From positions 1 through 62,445 of the forward strand of contig JANPIZ010000003.1 in NCBI GenBank assembly GCA_031425235.1: a DNA stretch of 62,445 nucleotides, in the 5' to 3' direction. This document shows positions 30,083 through 38,911 of the stretch, piece by piece (position 1 is the first letter of the stretch; each line of letters begins with the position of its first letter). The position numbers were made by a program, and so were the translations under genes. The notes below the pieces were generated by a model. It was not told where the DNA came from. It did no database searches and was given only the letters and a program-made list of their open reading frames with translations. Origin of the DNA: Candidatus Nomurabacteria bacterium. Its GTDB lineage: Bacteria; Patescibacteriota; Minisyncoccia; Phycocordibacterales; UBA9973.

Positions 30083-30286
30083 TTATTTCTTTTCTTCCGT
30101 AGTTATAGTGGGAGCACTAGTGAATATAAGAGGATTCTTGAATTTCACTCCTATGTAGTATGGCCAAATAACTATTGCAAGTACTCCCTTCCAAAAAGTG
30201 AGTTGCAGATACCCAATAGTAAAAAGCCAACCTATCATCCATAGCGCCCCAAAGAAATCTTGGTGATTAATTATTACATGTTTCAT
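30083..30286 (-). CDS. Hypothetical small membrane protein
   Basis: 67 aa with two hydrophobic helices. Confidence 0.4.
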   Translation of the reverse strand: MKHVIINHQDFFGALWMIGWLFTIGYLQLTFWKGVLAIVIWPYYIGVKFKNPLIFTSAPTITTEEKK

Positions 30287-30340
30287 ATGTTCATAATACT
30301 ACCATTACAAATTCCAATCAAGCGTTGGAATTTAAGCTGT

Positions 30341-31339
30341 CTATTTGTTTTTACCATCTAGACTTAGCCCAAGGTTTAAGAAAATACTTGCTGATTTTGC
30401 AGCACTTTCCGAATCCAATAACTTTTGATGTGCGTTTTGTGAGTTTCCCTTTTTATCTTCATCTTCTACTTCTTTTAGAAGTGCTCGAGCGTGGTCAAGT
30501 GTTTTGTGAGTATTTGTAATAATATTCTGTTTCTGCTTTGATGGGTTGGTACTTTGAGCTTCAATATCAAGGTTGGTCTTATCTATAAGTGCTTGAATAG
30601 CATCTTTAGTTTTTTTACTTTTTACATTATTTTTTTGATCCTCGTTTTTCAAATCATTTCTAACTTGAACTGCATTATCTCGGGCTGTTTGTGAAATTTT
30701 TATATTTTGTATTTTAAGAGGGTCATGTTGCTGTTCGTATATAACATCGAAAACTTGAGCATGAGCATTCATGTGGGCTTCAAAATTAATAATTATATCG
30801 TCCTCCGTATCAGCGTCTATGACATTCGTTTTACGAAGTGTTATTACCCCTTCTGTAAAAGCTTTTGTATGATTTTTAATTAAGGAAGTAATCTCTTGCT
30901 CCTTAGCTTCGTCGAGGCTATCGGTACTTGCAAGTGTCTCGGCTTCCACAAGTCGTTTTGTTATGAGATGGGTTTCGTATGCAACTTTATCTTCATGAGA
31001 GAAAATGAACGCTCCCTGTAACGGTTCTACCACTTTTACTTTGAGTGGATATAGTATATTTCCTGGTAAACTTTGATCAGAAGCAAATACCGCTCCCCCA
31101 CTCAACATAACCACAAGAGCTAGTACTGTACTACCATAGAATAAATTCCTTTTACTAAACATCGAAACAAACGAATATTTTACATATGGGCTTTCGATAG
31201 GGCACTCTACAAAAGTAGACCCTTTGAGAATATGTTCTAACATGTTTACTTTTTCTTCAGCGGTCAGAGAAATTTCTCGAATTTCTTCTACCCCCACTGT
31301 AAACTGTTTATTTAATTTTTTATTTTCTATATTATTCAT
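30341..31339 (-). CDS. Putative anti-sigma factor or DUF5667-like membrane protein
   Basis: 4-nt overlap with the ECF sigma gene, one central TM helix, and a helical extracytoplasmic part. Confidence 0.5.
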   Translation of the reverse strand: MNNIENKKLNKQFTVGVEEIREISLTAEEKVNMLEHILKGSTFVECPIESPYVKYSFVSMFSKRNLFYGSTVLALVVMLSGGAVFASDQSLPGNILYPLKVKVVEPLQGAFIFSHEDKVAYETHLITKRLVEAETLASTDSLDEAKEQEITSLIKNHTKAFTEGVITLRKTNVIDADTEDDIIINFEAHMNAHAQVFDVIYEQQHDPLKIQNIKISQTARDNAVQVRNDLKNEDQKNNVKSKKTKDAIQALIDKTNLDIEAQSTNPSKQKQNIITNTHKTLDHARALLKEVEDEDKKGNSQNAHQKLLDSESAAKSASIFLNLGLSLDGKNK

Positions 31340-31881
31340 ATTTTATTTTCATATCCTGTCTTTTTACGTAGCTCCATAAGACCCCTATTGATACGAACCG
31401 ATGTCGCGTTTGCTGATATACCTAAAATGTCACCGATCTCTTTTGGCGACAAACCTTCCACAAAAGACAAGTAAATAGGGTCCCGAGATGTCGCTGATAA
31501 ATCATGTATCTTGTCTAAGAGATACCTCCCTTCTGCTTTTAAGCTACTGCTGTGGATTGTTTTTTCATCCATTGGTTCGTAATCTAGCTCCCCATCTTTG
31601 TACATAATGCTCTCTAAAGAAATACTCTTCTTCTTTCGATACCAGTCGATCACCAGCCGATGAGTCACTGTAAAGAGAAAGGCTCTCGTATTCTTTATCT
31701 CGTCACCTTTTTGCAGTGTCTGCCATAGCCGTAAAAAGGCTTCCTGCGTTATATCACGGGCTTGCTCGCGATTGGAGACACGAATAAGACAGAATCGGAA
31801 GATACCGTCTGATTCCTCCCCATATATTTTTTCAAATTTACACGCAATATCAACTTTCATATTATTTTGACGCATCAGCAA
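31336..31881 (-). CDS. ECF-type RNA polymerase sigma-70 factor
   Basis: Region 2 (ITQEAFLRLWQ) and region 4 HTH (LSPKEIGDILGISANATSVRINRG). Confidence 0.85.
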   Translation of the reverse strand: MLMRQNNMKVDIACKFEKIYGEESDGIFRFCLIRVSNREQARDITQEAFLRLWQTLQKGDEIKNTRAFLFTVTHRLVIDWYRKKKSISLESIMYKDGELDYEPMDEKTIHSSSLKAEGRYLLDKIHDLSATSRDPIYLSFVEGLSPKEIGDILGISANATSVRINRGLMELRKKTGYENKI

Positions 31882-32052
31882 GTAATTTCTTACTTCGCTA
31901 ACGCCTGTACATAAAATACAACATTACGCCCTACATGTCTATCACGAAGAATAGATAATGCCTACTATGCCAGAATGAAATATCTCTAGCGATAGTTCAT
32001 TCTGGGTGATGTTTTTATTATCTTTTTTAGTATTATCGGTGTCGCTATAATA

Positions 32053-32538
32053 TTAGCTACAACTTTCTGATTTAATGAAAGTTAAATTTTGATCATACTC
32101 GACTGTGGAAACATCTTTAAATACTTCTTTGTCTCCTTCTACAGCAACTTCACCAAATCCTTGGATAAAGCTATTACCAACTTTTTTAAATATTACTTGT
32201 CGATTTGATTGCATACCCTCTGAATTAAACAGATAGTCCCCTAAAAGTATATCGTCCTTGAAGCTACCAGTAAGCGTACCTGAAGAACTATCTTTTTCAT
32301 AATTCTTATAGGCAAGTGTGCCCTTCACGACACCACCATCTTCGGAGTCTATCTTGATCGTATATACGTCTTTACTAAGCTTTGCTACGTAACATCCTTT
32401 AATGTTATTAGAATTCTGGGTGGAAGCTACTGGAGGAGTTATCGTGGTTGATTCATCTTTTTTATAAAGATACAACCCAACACACAACATGATACCGACA
32501 ATAACCAACCAAACTACTATTTTTGTGTTTTTATTCAT
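32053..32538 (-). CDS. Hypothetical membrane-anchored protein
   Basis: 161 aa with an N-terminal anchor. Confidence 0.45.
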   Translation of the reverse strand: MNKNTKIVVWLVIVGIMLCVGLYLYKKDESTTITPPVASTQNSNNIKGCYVAKLSKDVYTIKIDSEDGGVVKGTLAYKNYEKDSSSGTLTGSFKDDILLGDYLFNSEGMQSNRQVIFKKVGNSFIQGFGEVAVEGDKEVFKDVSTVEYDQNLTFIKSESCS

Positions 32539-32778
32539 AATTTCTTATATTAAATTTATAATATACACCTCAAAAGCCTATCATATGTGTGACGAAATAC
32601 GAAGACTTCTATTACTTCGATCTGCCAGTATTATTTTGCTTCATAAGCTAATATGAGGTTCACTACTTTTGGCACCCATGTTGCTCGGGTAACAAGTAAA
32701 TAGATACCGAGAATTATCAAGACGAGTAAAAATATGCGAACAAATTTCATTATCATGGATGTAGTATATCAAAAAATG

Positions 32779-33441
32779 TTAAATAAATCTTTCGAATTTT
32801 AAATTATTTTTATTGATACCGAGCTCAAGTACATGCTTTGTCATATCATCGATAAAATTGTCGGGCCCTGAGATATAACATACTGTGTTTTTATCAGAAG
32901 CCAAATTTCCTGTAGTTTTTTTTAGAAACTGAAGGTCAATTCTCCCCTCTATGTTTGTAAACCTGGTGATCAAAATTTCTTTCAGTGATTCAAAGTTCAT
33001 AATGCGAGACGCATCTTTAGCACTCATGATAAACACACACTTACCTTCCGGATATGTTTTCATATACGAATTGTATATCGATATAAGTGGAGTGATCCCT
33101 GCTCCGGCTCCGATCAATATAATGGAGTTCGCATTGGAAGGATCCCAATTAAAATAGGTACCGATAGGCCCGCGTACCTCAATCTCGTCACCGGGCTTGA
33201 GCTTCCATAGGTCGGGCGACAAAGCACCGCCTTCGATAAGCTGCACTCCTAATTCAAGTTCGTCCTTCGCATATATATCAGAAACTACCGAATATTTTCG
33301 AATAATATTCTTACCAGAAAAACAAAGTTCGTAATGTTGCCCTGCTTGAAACGGTGAAAAAAATTCTGGTTTAAGAACAAGAGACTTTATATCAGAAGTT
33401 GCGAGGGTATTTTTGATAACTTTTGCATTTTGCCAATTCAT
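32779..33441 (-). CDS. Ferredoxin-NADP reductase-like FAD/NAD(P)-binding oxidoreductase
   Basis: RKYSVVS (RxYS) and GAGAGITPL motifs. Confidence 0.75.
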   Translation of the reverse strand: MNWQNAKVIKNTLATSDIKSLVLKPEFFSPFQAGQHYELCFSGKNIIRKYSVVSDIYAKDELELGVQLIEGGALSPDLWKLKPGDEIEVRGPIGTYFNWDPSNANSIILIGAGAGITPLISIYNSYMKTYPEGKCVFIMSAKDASRIMNFESLKEILITRFTNIEGRIDLQFLKKTTGNLASDKNTVCYISGPDNFIDDMTKHVLELGINKNNLKFERFI

Positions 33442-33564
33442 ATACGCTGATTATAGCAATAAGTAAAGCCTCTGAACAAATCATTAGATGAACTATTTTA
33501 TGTTACAATTAAGAAAGAGGATAACGTTATCCGTAGTAAATTCAAATTTAAGGGAGTATTTAAG

Positions 33565-34026
33565 ATGAAAAAAATATTTTTATTTCTGGTAATACTATTA
33601 ATACCAGTTTTTGCGTTTGGGCAAAACAAAACCAAACAAATTACTGAATCTCAGCGAGAGATTCAAAGAAAAAGTGCAGCAATAGAGTTAGGTCTATCAA
33701 GAACAAGCTTGTGGCAAGAGATTGCCCAAGCCCGCATTGAAAAAACACGTCAGGCTATTATTGAAGATTTAAAACTTCCAAAAGATGCAAGTTGGGAAGA
33801 AATAAATTTCATACTGGAATCAAATAAGACGCTATACATCCCCATCGGAATGAAGGAAAGTAGTCGTCAAAAAGTTGCAGAGAATTTGCAACTTCCCAGC
33901 GATATTACGTGGGAAAAAATGTATTTTCTTGTGAGAGCAAACTTTTATTGCTCTTATCGAAAAGAATTAGTTTTAACCAAAAAACCTATAATCAAAAATT
34001 CAAAAAGAAAAACTAAAAAAAATTAA
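33565..34026 (+). CDS. Hypothetical secreted protein with three internal repeats
   Basis: Signal peptide plus three repeats of L-x-L-(S/P)-x-x-x-(S/T)-W-(Q/E)-(E/K)-(I/M). One of the few genes with an SD-like aagggag upstream. Confidence 0.5.
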   Translation: MKKIFLFLVILLIPVFAFGQNKTKQITESQREIQRKSAAIELGLSRTSLWQEIAQARIEKTRQAIIEDLKLPKDASWEEINFILESNKTLYIPIGMKESSRQKVAENLQLPSDITWEKMYFLVRANFYCSYRKELVLTKKPIIKNSKRKTKKN

Positions 34027-34109
34027 ACTTTTTGAACTAAAAATAGACTGCAAGGAAGACAACTCCTGCGGTCTTTCTTGTTTCTGGCCAATATGTAATT
34101 AATTAGACA

Positions 34110-35012
34110 CTATTCTTCATACGCTGCCTGTAATGCAGCGATATCAAATTTTTTCATTTTAAGAAATGCTTGAGTGACTTTATTTATTTTTTCCGCATCA
34201 CCATGTGCCATCATGTCGCCCATCACTGTCGGCACTATCTGCCAGGACAGGCCATACTTGTCTTTCAGCCAACCACATTGTTCAGCTTCTGGAACAGCTG
34301 AAAGCTTATCCCAGTAATAATCAATTTCTTCTTGAGTATCGCAATTCACAATAAACGATAATGCTTCAGTAAATGCAAAATCGTGCATGCGACCACTATC
34401 CATAGCTGCAAACCATTGCCCTAAGAGATTAAAATCGGTAAACATAACTGTACTCTCTTTATCGGGCTCCATGCCAGCCGGATAACGAGCGAGTGCGCCA
34501 CGCTTTGAGTCTTTAAAGACAGAAAGATAAAAATCAGTTGCTTCTTCGGCTTTGCCTGTAATATCTCCGGTAAACATTATTGATGGAATTATAGATGGTC
34601 TTTCTTCCCCTTCTGGATTTGTGAGTATGAGCTGCCAAGAAAGTCCGTACTTATCTTGAACCCAGCCATACCGTTCACTAAAAGGATACTTGTCGATAGG
34701 CATGAGAGCCTTGCCACCTTCCACAAGCTTCGCCCAAATTTCATCGATTTGTTTCTCGGCCTCTTGGTTTTTTGATGGATCAAAATTGACCATAAAAGAC
34801 ACAGAAGGATTAAATTTAAAATAGGGACCCGCACTGATAGCCTGAAATGATGTACCCATAATTTCGAACGACACAATGTCACAGTCGCCGGACGGTGTAC
34901 CTGTAATGCGCCTCACATTATTAACTTTGGAATCAGGGAAAACTGAAGCATAGAAAGCAATAGCTTCTACAGCTTCTTTGTCGAACCACAAATGGGGAGT
35001 TATTTTTTGCAT
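34110..35012 (-). CDS. Tandem VOC/PhnB-like (3-demethylubiquinone methyltransferase-domain) protein
   Basis: Two copies of the ITPHLWF...AEEA..FY..VF pattern. Start at MQKITPHLWF preferred over 35072. Confidence 0.7.
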   Translation of the reverse strand: MQKITPHLWFDKEAVEAIAFYASVFPDSKVNNVRRITGTPSGDCDIVSFEIMGTSFQAISAGPYFKFNPSVSFMVNFDPSKNQEAEKQIDEIWAKLVEGGKALMPIDKYPFSERYGWVQDKYGLSWQLILTNPEGEERPSIIPSIMFTGDITGKAEEATDFYLSVFKDSKRGALARYPAGMEPDKESTVMFTDFNLLGQWFAAMDSGRMHDFAFTEALSFIVNCDTQEEIDYYWDKLSAVPEAEQCGWLKDKYGLSWQIVPTVMGDMMAHGDAEKINKVTQAFLKMKKFDIAALQAAYEE

Positions 35013-35311
35013 ACTTATATTATACCACAGATTACGTAGAGATATTTTCAGCAATCCAGACGAAGAACGCAATTAATAAAAAGGAAAGATTGAGCGGCAT
35101 ACTACGACGAGTATGGGTGACCGTAAAATATACCGTCACCTTCCAGAAAAAAATAAAAAATTCTTTCATGGAAAATAATTATTATAACTACGCTATCTCA
35201 AGAATTGAATCAAAGCTAGAAATTATTTTATAAGGTTTCCCTTTTTGAGGAGTTCTCTTGAGTGAGTAAGGCACCGGAAAATTCATTTACTTTTTCATGG
35301 GTTTGTATTAA

Positions 35312-35809
35312 TTAATTCGAAACTTGAAAATATTTTGGTGATCCATTCCAGCCAGCTGTTGATGCTGAAAAAACTCCTGTTCCACCACCTGGGGTTGGAG
35401 ATGAAATACTTTGCAATGTTATTGCCTCATTTTCATTTTCCAAATTTGCATACAAAGCACACTTGCCGCTTGTGTTCACCGTATACATATATAACGAGTT
35501 AGGTGCAGAGGCTGGTAAAGAGGGGTCCTTTGGAATTTGAGACACGTAGCTTGCGTACTGAGGGTACGTTGCCGCAAGTTCTGTCACTAAGTCGGTGATA
35601 TCATATTCCCCAGCTCCAGTGCTTGGAAGATAACATGAACCCGTTATCAACCTGCCGATACTTGAAATTTCTGCTTTTCTTTTAACATCTCGTGCCTTCG
35701 TGCGTGCTGAATTCACTGCAGATAAAACAATCGAACTCAAAATGCCTATTATAGCTATCACCACTAAAAGTTCTATAAGCGAAAACCCTGATTGTTGCTT
35801 TCTGTACAT
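35312..35809 (-). CDS. Type IV pilin-like protein (prepilin N-terminal methylation domain)
   Basis: QSGFSLIELLVVIAIIGILSSIVL. Confidence 0.9.
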   Translation of the reverse strand: MYRKQQSGFSLIELLVVIAIIGILSSIVLSAVNSARTKARDVKRKAEISSIGRLITGSCYLPSTGAGEYDITDLVTELAATYPQYASYVSQIPKDPSLPASAPNSLYMYTVNTSGKCALYANLENENEAITLQSISSPTPGGGTGVFSASTAGWNGSPKYFQVSN

Positions 35810-36045
35810 AGGTAAATAATATCATTACTCATGTTTTTTATCTATAAAATTTAATTACTAGCCATATCGGGTGAAGTAGGAACCTATTTCTCTGCAGTAA
35901 AATGAAATACATGCCAATGTTTAAGTACGCCAGATGCTGTTTTTCTATCTGCTTCTTCCGCCCGTCTGCGAAGTGCTGAGCTCCTCGAGCTAGAACCGTG
36001 GTTCGGTCAAGCCCTGGTTGGCTTTTCTAAATGATTTTTATCATA

Positions 36046-36552
36046 TCAGATCGACGCGTCTCGAGCGGCGCTTGAGTTGGAATGGAATAGCTTTTGGCAC
36101 TCTTCTCTCATAAATCCTTCCACAAGGATAAGCTGAGGATTACCTTTTTCCAAAACTTGTGCTGCGGTAATATTAATAGTGCGCCAAGTCCATTCTCGAG
36201 TTCCATTTGATTCTCGAAAGTTGATCATGTCCTGAAGTGTAGCGCCGAACACAATGCCTTCCATACGAGCCCATATAGCAGCAGAAGCGCACATGGGGCA
36301 AGGTTCGTGAGTTGTATAAAGTATGCAACCTTGTAGAAATCGGGAACCCAATTTTTTTGATGCTTCTCGGATAACAACCATCTCTGCATGTTGAGTTGAA
36401 TCCTGATCAATCTTCGCATGATTTGAATCGCATACGATTATTGTTTCATCTTTAACCACGAGAGCACCAATTGCATAGTCTCCAGCAGATCTTCCACGCT
36501 TCGCCTCATTAATTGCCATTTGCATTAGCACTGTATCAGGAGTTATTTTCAT
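36046..36552 (-). CDS. CMP/dCMP-type zinc deaminase (TadA/guanine deaminase-like)
   Basis: HAEMVVI and PCPMCASA motifs. The last ~12 codons (SNSSAARDASI) run into GC-rich repeat-like DNA. Confidence 0.8.
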   Translation of the reverse strand: MKITPDTVLMQMAINEAKRGRSAGDYAIGALVVKDETIIVCDSNHAKIDQDSTQHAEMVVIREASKKLGSRFLQGCILYTTHEPCPMCASAAIWARMEGIVFGATLQDMINFRESNGTREWTWRTINITAAQVLEKGNPQLILVEGFMREECQKLFHSNSSAARDASI

Positions 36553-36625
36553 GTCTGAATTATATCACGATGGAAATTCTTTGCTAAGCTATGGACCTCG
36601 TGCGCCCGGGCCGCATACGCTCCTC

Positions 36626-36733
36626 GGGCTAGTCCGAGCTGGCTGAATGACTCAGTCTAGAACCTTACCCTGTGAGACCCCACAAGCGTTCTTTGACGAC
36701 TTTTAATATACCAAATTGAGGTGTCTCAGTCAT
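36626..36733. repeat. GC-rich ~108-bp repeat, copy A, carrying a 22-codon ORF on the minus strand at 36665-36733
   Basis: About 93% identical to 38747-38854. The ORF reads MTETPQFGILKVVKERLWGLTG*. Confidence 0.85.
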
Positions 36734-36849
36734 GCTGTCTATAAGCAAGAACCGTTCTTGCTTAAGGTTATATAGTGCTGTGAGTATAGCATTTATTGAT
36801 AAATTATGTGTGATAGATAAAAAATCTTGCTGGTCATTTGATCTAGAAA

Positions 36850-38073
36850 CTACGGCAACTTCCCGACAAAGAATTTATTCTTTGAGCTCACCACCCATAT
36901 TTTCTGTTCAATATTCAAAGATAGAGAATTGTATACATTGATTTCTAATTCTTTAAGTACTGACTCTGCACCGGTCTTGAAATTTAGTTTGATTAGCGCA
37001 GTATTATCTATCGTTTGAGTTGGGCTCAAATGTTTGCGTATGTAAATAACAGAGTCCTGATCTACTATATGTAAGTTTTCTCGAATATATTTTGAAGGAA
37101 TAATTGCTGAAGTAGTTTTATCAAGGCCTCTATAAACACTAGCAGTAATAGTGCTGTCTAAATCTCCGTATCCCCTGACAAGAGCAAAAAGGTCCATTCT
37201 AGGCTCGTCTTTCATCCCACCCATTAACGAGCTAGAAGTATCTCCTAGATCTACAATTTCTCCTGTTTTTATATTCAATAAATAATCGTGCGAACTATCG
37301 TCCCATCCAGTGTTTATCCGAGCGACAGTATCAGGAATTACCCATGTGACATTTCGAATCGTACCTACAGGAATCGTATTTGGCATAAGTGGAGAGAAGG
37401 TTTTGGAATTAATATCCCAAATACCCAATTCTCTCCCGTTTCCTGCATCAAATATTTTTTTACCATTATCTTTAAAGCCCAACACGCGGTTACTATCCTC
37501 AAGCCATGCAGTTGCTCCGTCGTACTGAGTGGTAGAAATCGCTACAGTTTTTTTAGTATTCCGATCATAGAGCATTACCCCCTCCAAAGTGTTAAAAACA
37601 TATTTAGTACCGTCAGGTGAGAGAGCGCCTGCAAAAATATTACCATCGGTCGCAATGTTGTCGCTTTCGCCCGTAGCTATGTTATATAACACTAAATCTT
37701 TAGCCTTAAATAAAACCACTAAGCGCGAATCCTCGAACCCACGCAGTAAAACCCCCGGCAACTTTACTACTTCCCCCGTAGAAAGTTTTACTAGATATGT
37801 TTTCGCGGGGATCAAATCAGAATCTTTTATGCCAGTGAAAACAAAATATTTGCCGTCTGGAGAAAATGAGTGATACCCAATCTCATCAAGTTCTATTCCT
37901 TGTGTAATTAATCCATTAGTAAAAATTGGAAGTGTTGAAATATCTTGAGATTTCACCGCCGTCTCGTCATTTAAAAGAGGGCTTATGTTGTTGTCTTTTA
38001 AAACTTGCACAAACAGCAAAATTGCCACACCCAAGAACACGACAATTATTAAAATTTTGATTGAAATTTTCAT
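36850..38073 (-). CDS. Secreted TolB-like beta-propeller repeat protein
   Basis: Signal anchor MKISIKILIIVVFLGVAILLF and repeated FSPDGKYFVF / LSPDGTKYVF units. The ORF-track N-terminus (to 38163) reads through the 23-bp repeat and is probably spurious. Confidence 0.65.
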   Translation of the reverse strand: MKISIKILIIVVFLGVAILLFVQVLKDNNISPLLNDETAVKSQDISTLPIFTNGLITQGIELDEIGYHSFSPDGKYFVFTGIKDSDLIPAKTYLVKLSTGEVVKLPGVLLRGFEDSRLVVLFKAKDLVLYNIATGESDNIATDGNIFAGALSPDGTKYVFNTLEGVMLYDRNTKKTVAISTTQYDGATAWLEDSNRVLGFKDNGKKIFDAGNGRELGIWDINSKTFSPLMPNTIPVGTIRNVTWVIPDTVARINTGWDDSSHDYLLNIKTGEIVDLGDTSSSLMGGMKDEPRMDLFALVRGYGDLDSTITASVYRGLDKTTSAIIPSKYIRENLHIVDQDSVIYIRKHLSPTQTIDNTALIKLNFKTGAESVLKELEINVYNSLSLNIEQKIWVVSSKNKFFVGKLP

Positions 38074-38119
38074 TAGGTTTATAGTATACATTGCTTTCAA
38101 TAAATCCAAGTATGACCTG

Positions 38120-38142
38120 TCAGTCACCTGACTTAGCATATG
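38120..38142. repeat. 23-bp exact direct repeat, left copy (candidate att site)
   Basis: tcagtcacctgacttagcatatg is identical to 51895-51917. It contains the imperfect palindrome TCAGTCA-CC-TGACTTA. Confidence 0.85.
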
Positions 38143-38356
38143 GCTGCTGGCGTCCTTGAGCAAGAACCGTCATCAGGATTGCCCTATAAGGCTTTCGTAG
38201 CTAGTTTTATAATAGCATTTCGACGGTACTTGAGCACTATAAAATGAGATAGTGCATTACTGAATTTTTCTAATCTTCGATCTGAGAAATAATTCTTGAT
38301 AAACACCTCCCATGTTGGAGAATTTAAATGATCAAGTTGTATAACCTTCCAAGTTG

Positions 38357-38680
38357 CTAAATATTAATCCCAGCTTCTTTGAGTTCTTTAGTAACTTTTT
38401 GGCGTATATGATTATCACGATCTGCAAAACCATTAGTGAACCACACTACAAGACCACCTTCATAGTCTCTTTCTACTCTTATCCCTTGCATCCCGTCTTC
38501 TACAATAGGACAAGCTTGATCATTTTTAAAACTATCTTCCCACATTTCATCGGTATATCTCTCTATAACATCAAGGCCATTTTTTTTAAGCACGTCTTTA
38601 ATTATTCCTAGTTCTGTAAATTCTCTACGATACTTCTCTTTATTTATATCATGATTGGAAAAATTTTGCTCAATTGACAT
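38357..38680 (-). CDS. Hypothetical protein (107 aa)
   Basis: ORF only. No motif recognised. Confidence 0.45.
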   Translation of the reverse strand: MSIEQNFSNHDINKEKYRREFTELGIIKDVLKKNGLDVIERYTDEMWEDSFKNDQACPIVEDGMQGIRVERDYEGGLVVWFTNGFADRDNHIRQKVTKELKEAGINI

Positions 38681-38746
38681 ATTGTTTTACTCTTAACGTT
38701 TTTGAATAATTATTTAGATGTTTTTTCTTCGAACTAGCTATCTTTG

Positions 38747-38854
38747 AGCTAGCCCGAGGTGGCTGACTGACTCAGTCTAGAACCTTACCCTGTGAGACCC
38801 CACAAGCGTTCTTTGACGACTTTCAGTATACCAAATTGAGGCGTCTCAGTCATA
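38747..38854. repeat. GC-rich ~108-bp repeat, copy B, with the same 22-codon ORF at 38785-38853 (minus)
   Basis: See copy A. All 3 nucleotide differences inside the ORF are synonymous. Confidence 0.85.
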
Positions 38855-38911
38855 CTCATTCCAACCCCCACAAGCCTTATTTCACGTCAAAATGAGACAA
38901 ATAAGACAGGT

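Noticed and set aside
35032-35169. 45-codon minus-strand ORF MKEFFIFFWKVTVYFTVTHTRRSMPLNLSFLLIAFFVWIAENIST*, possibly a remnant of a DUF817-type membrane protein.
   Set aside because: The resemblance rests on a vaguely remembered WIAEN motif only. I cannot support it without a profile search.
38074-38163. N-terminal 30 codons of ORF 36850-38163 (MLKDASSHMLSQVTDRSYLDLLKAMYTINL).
   Set aside because: This stretch is translated from the 23-bp island-end repeat and its flank. A proper signal-anchor Met follows at 38073.
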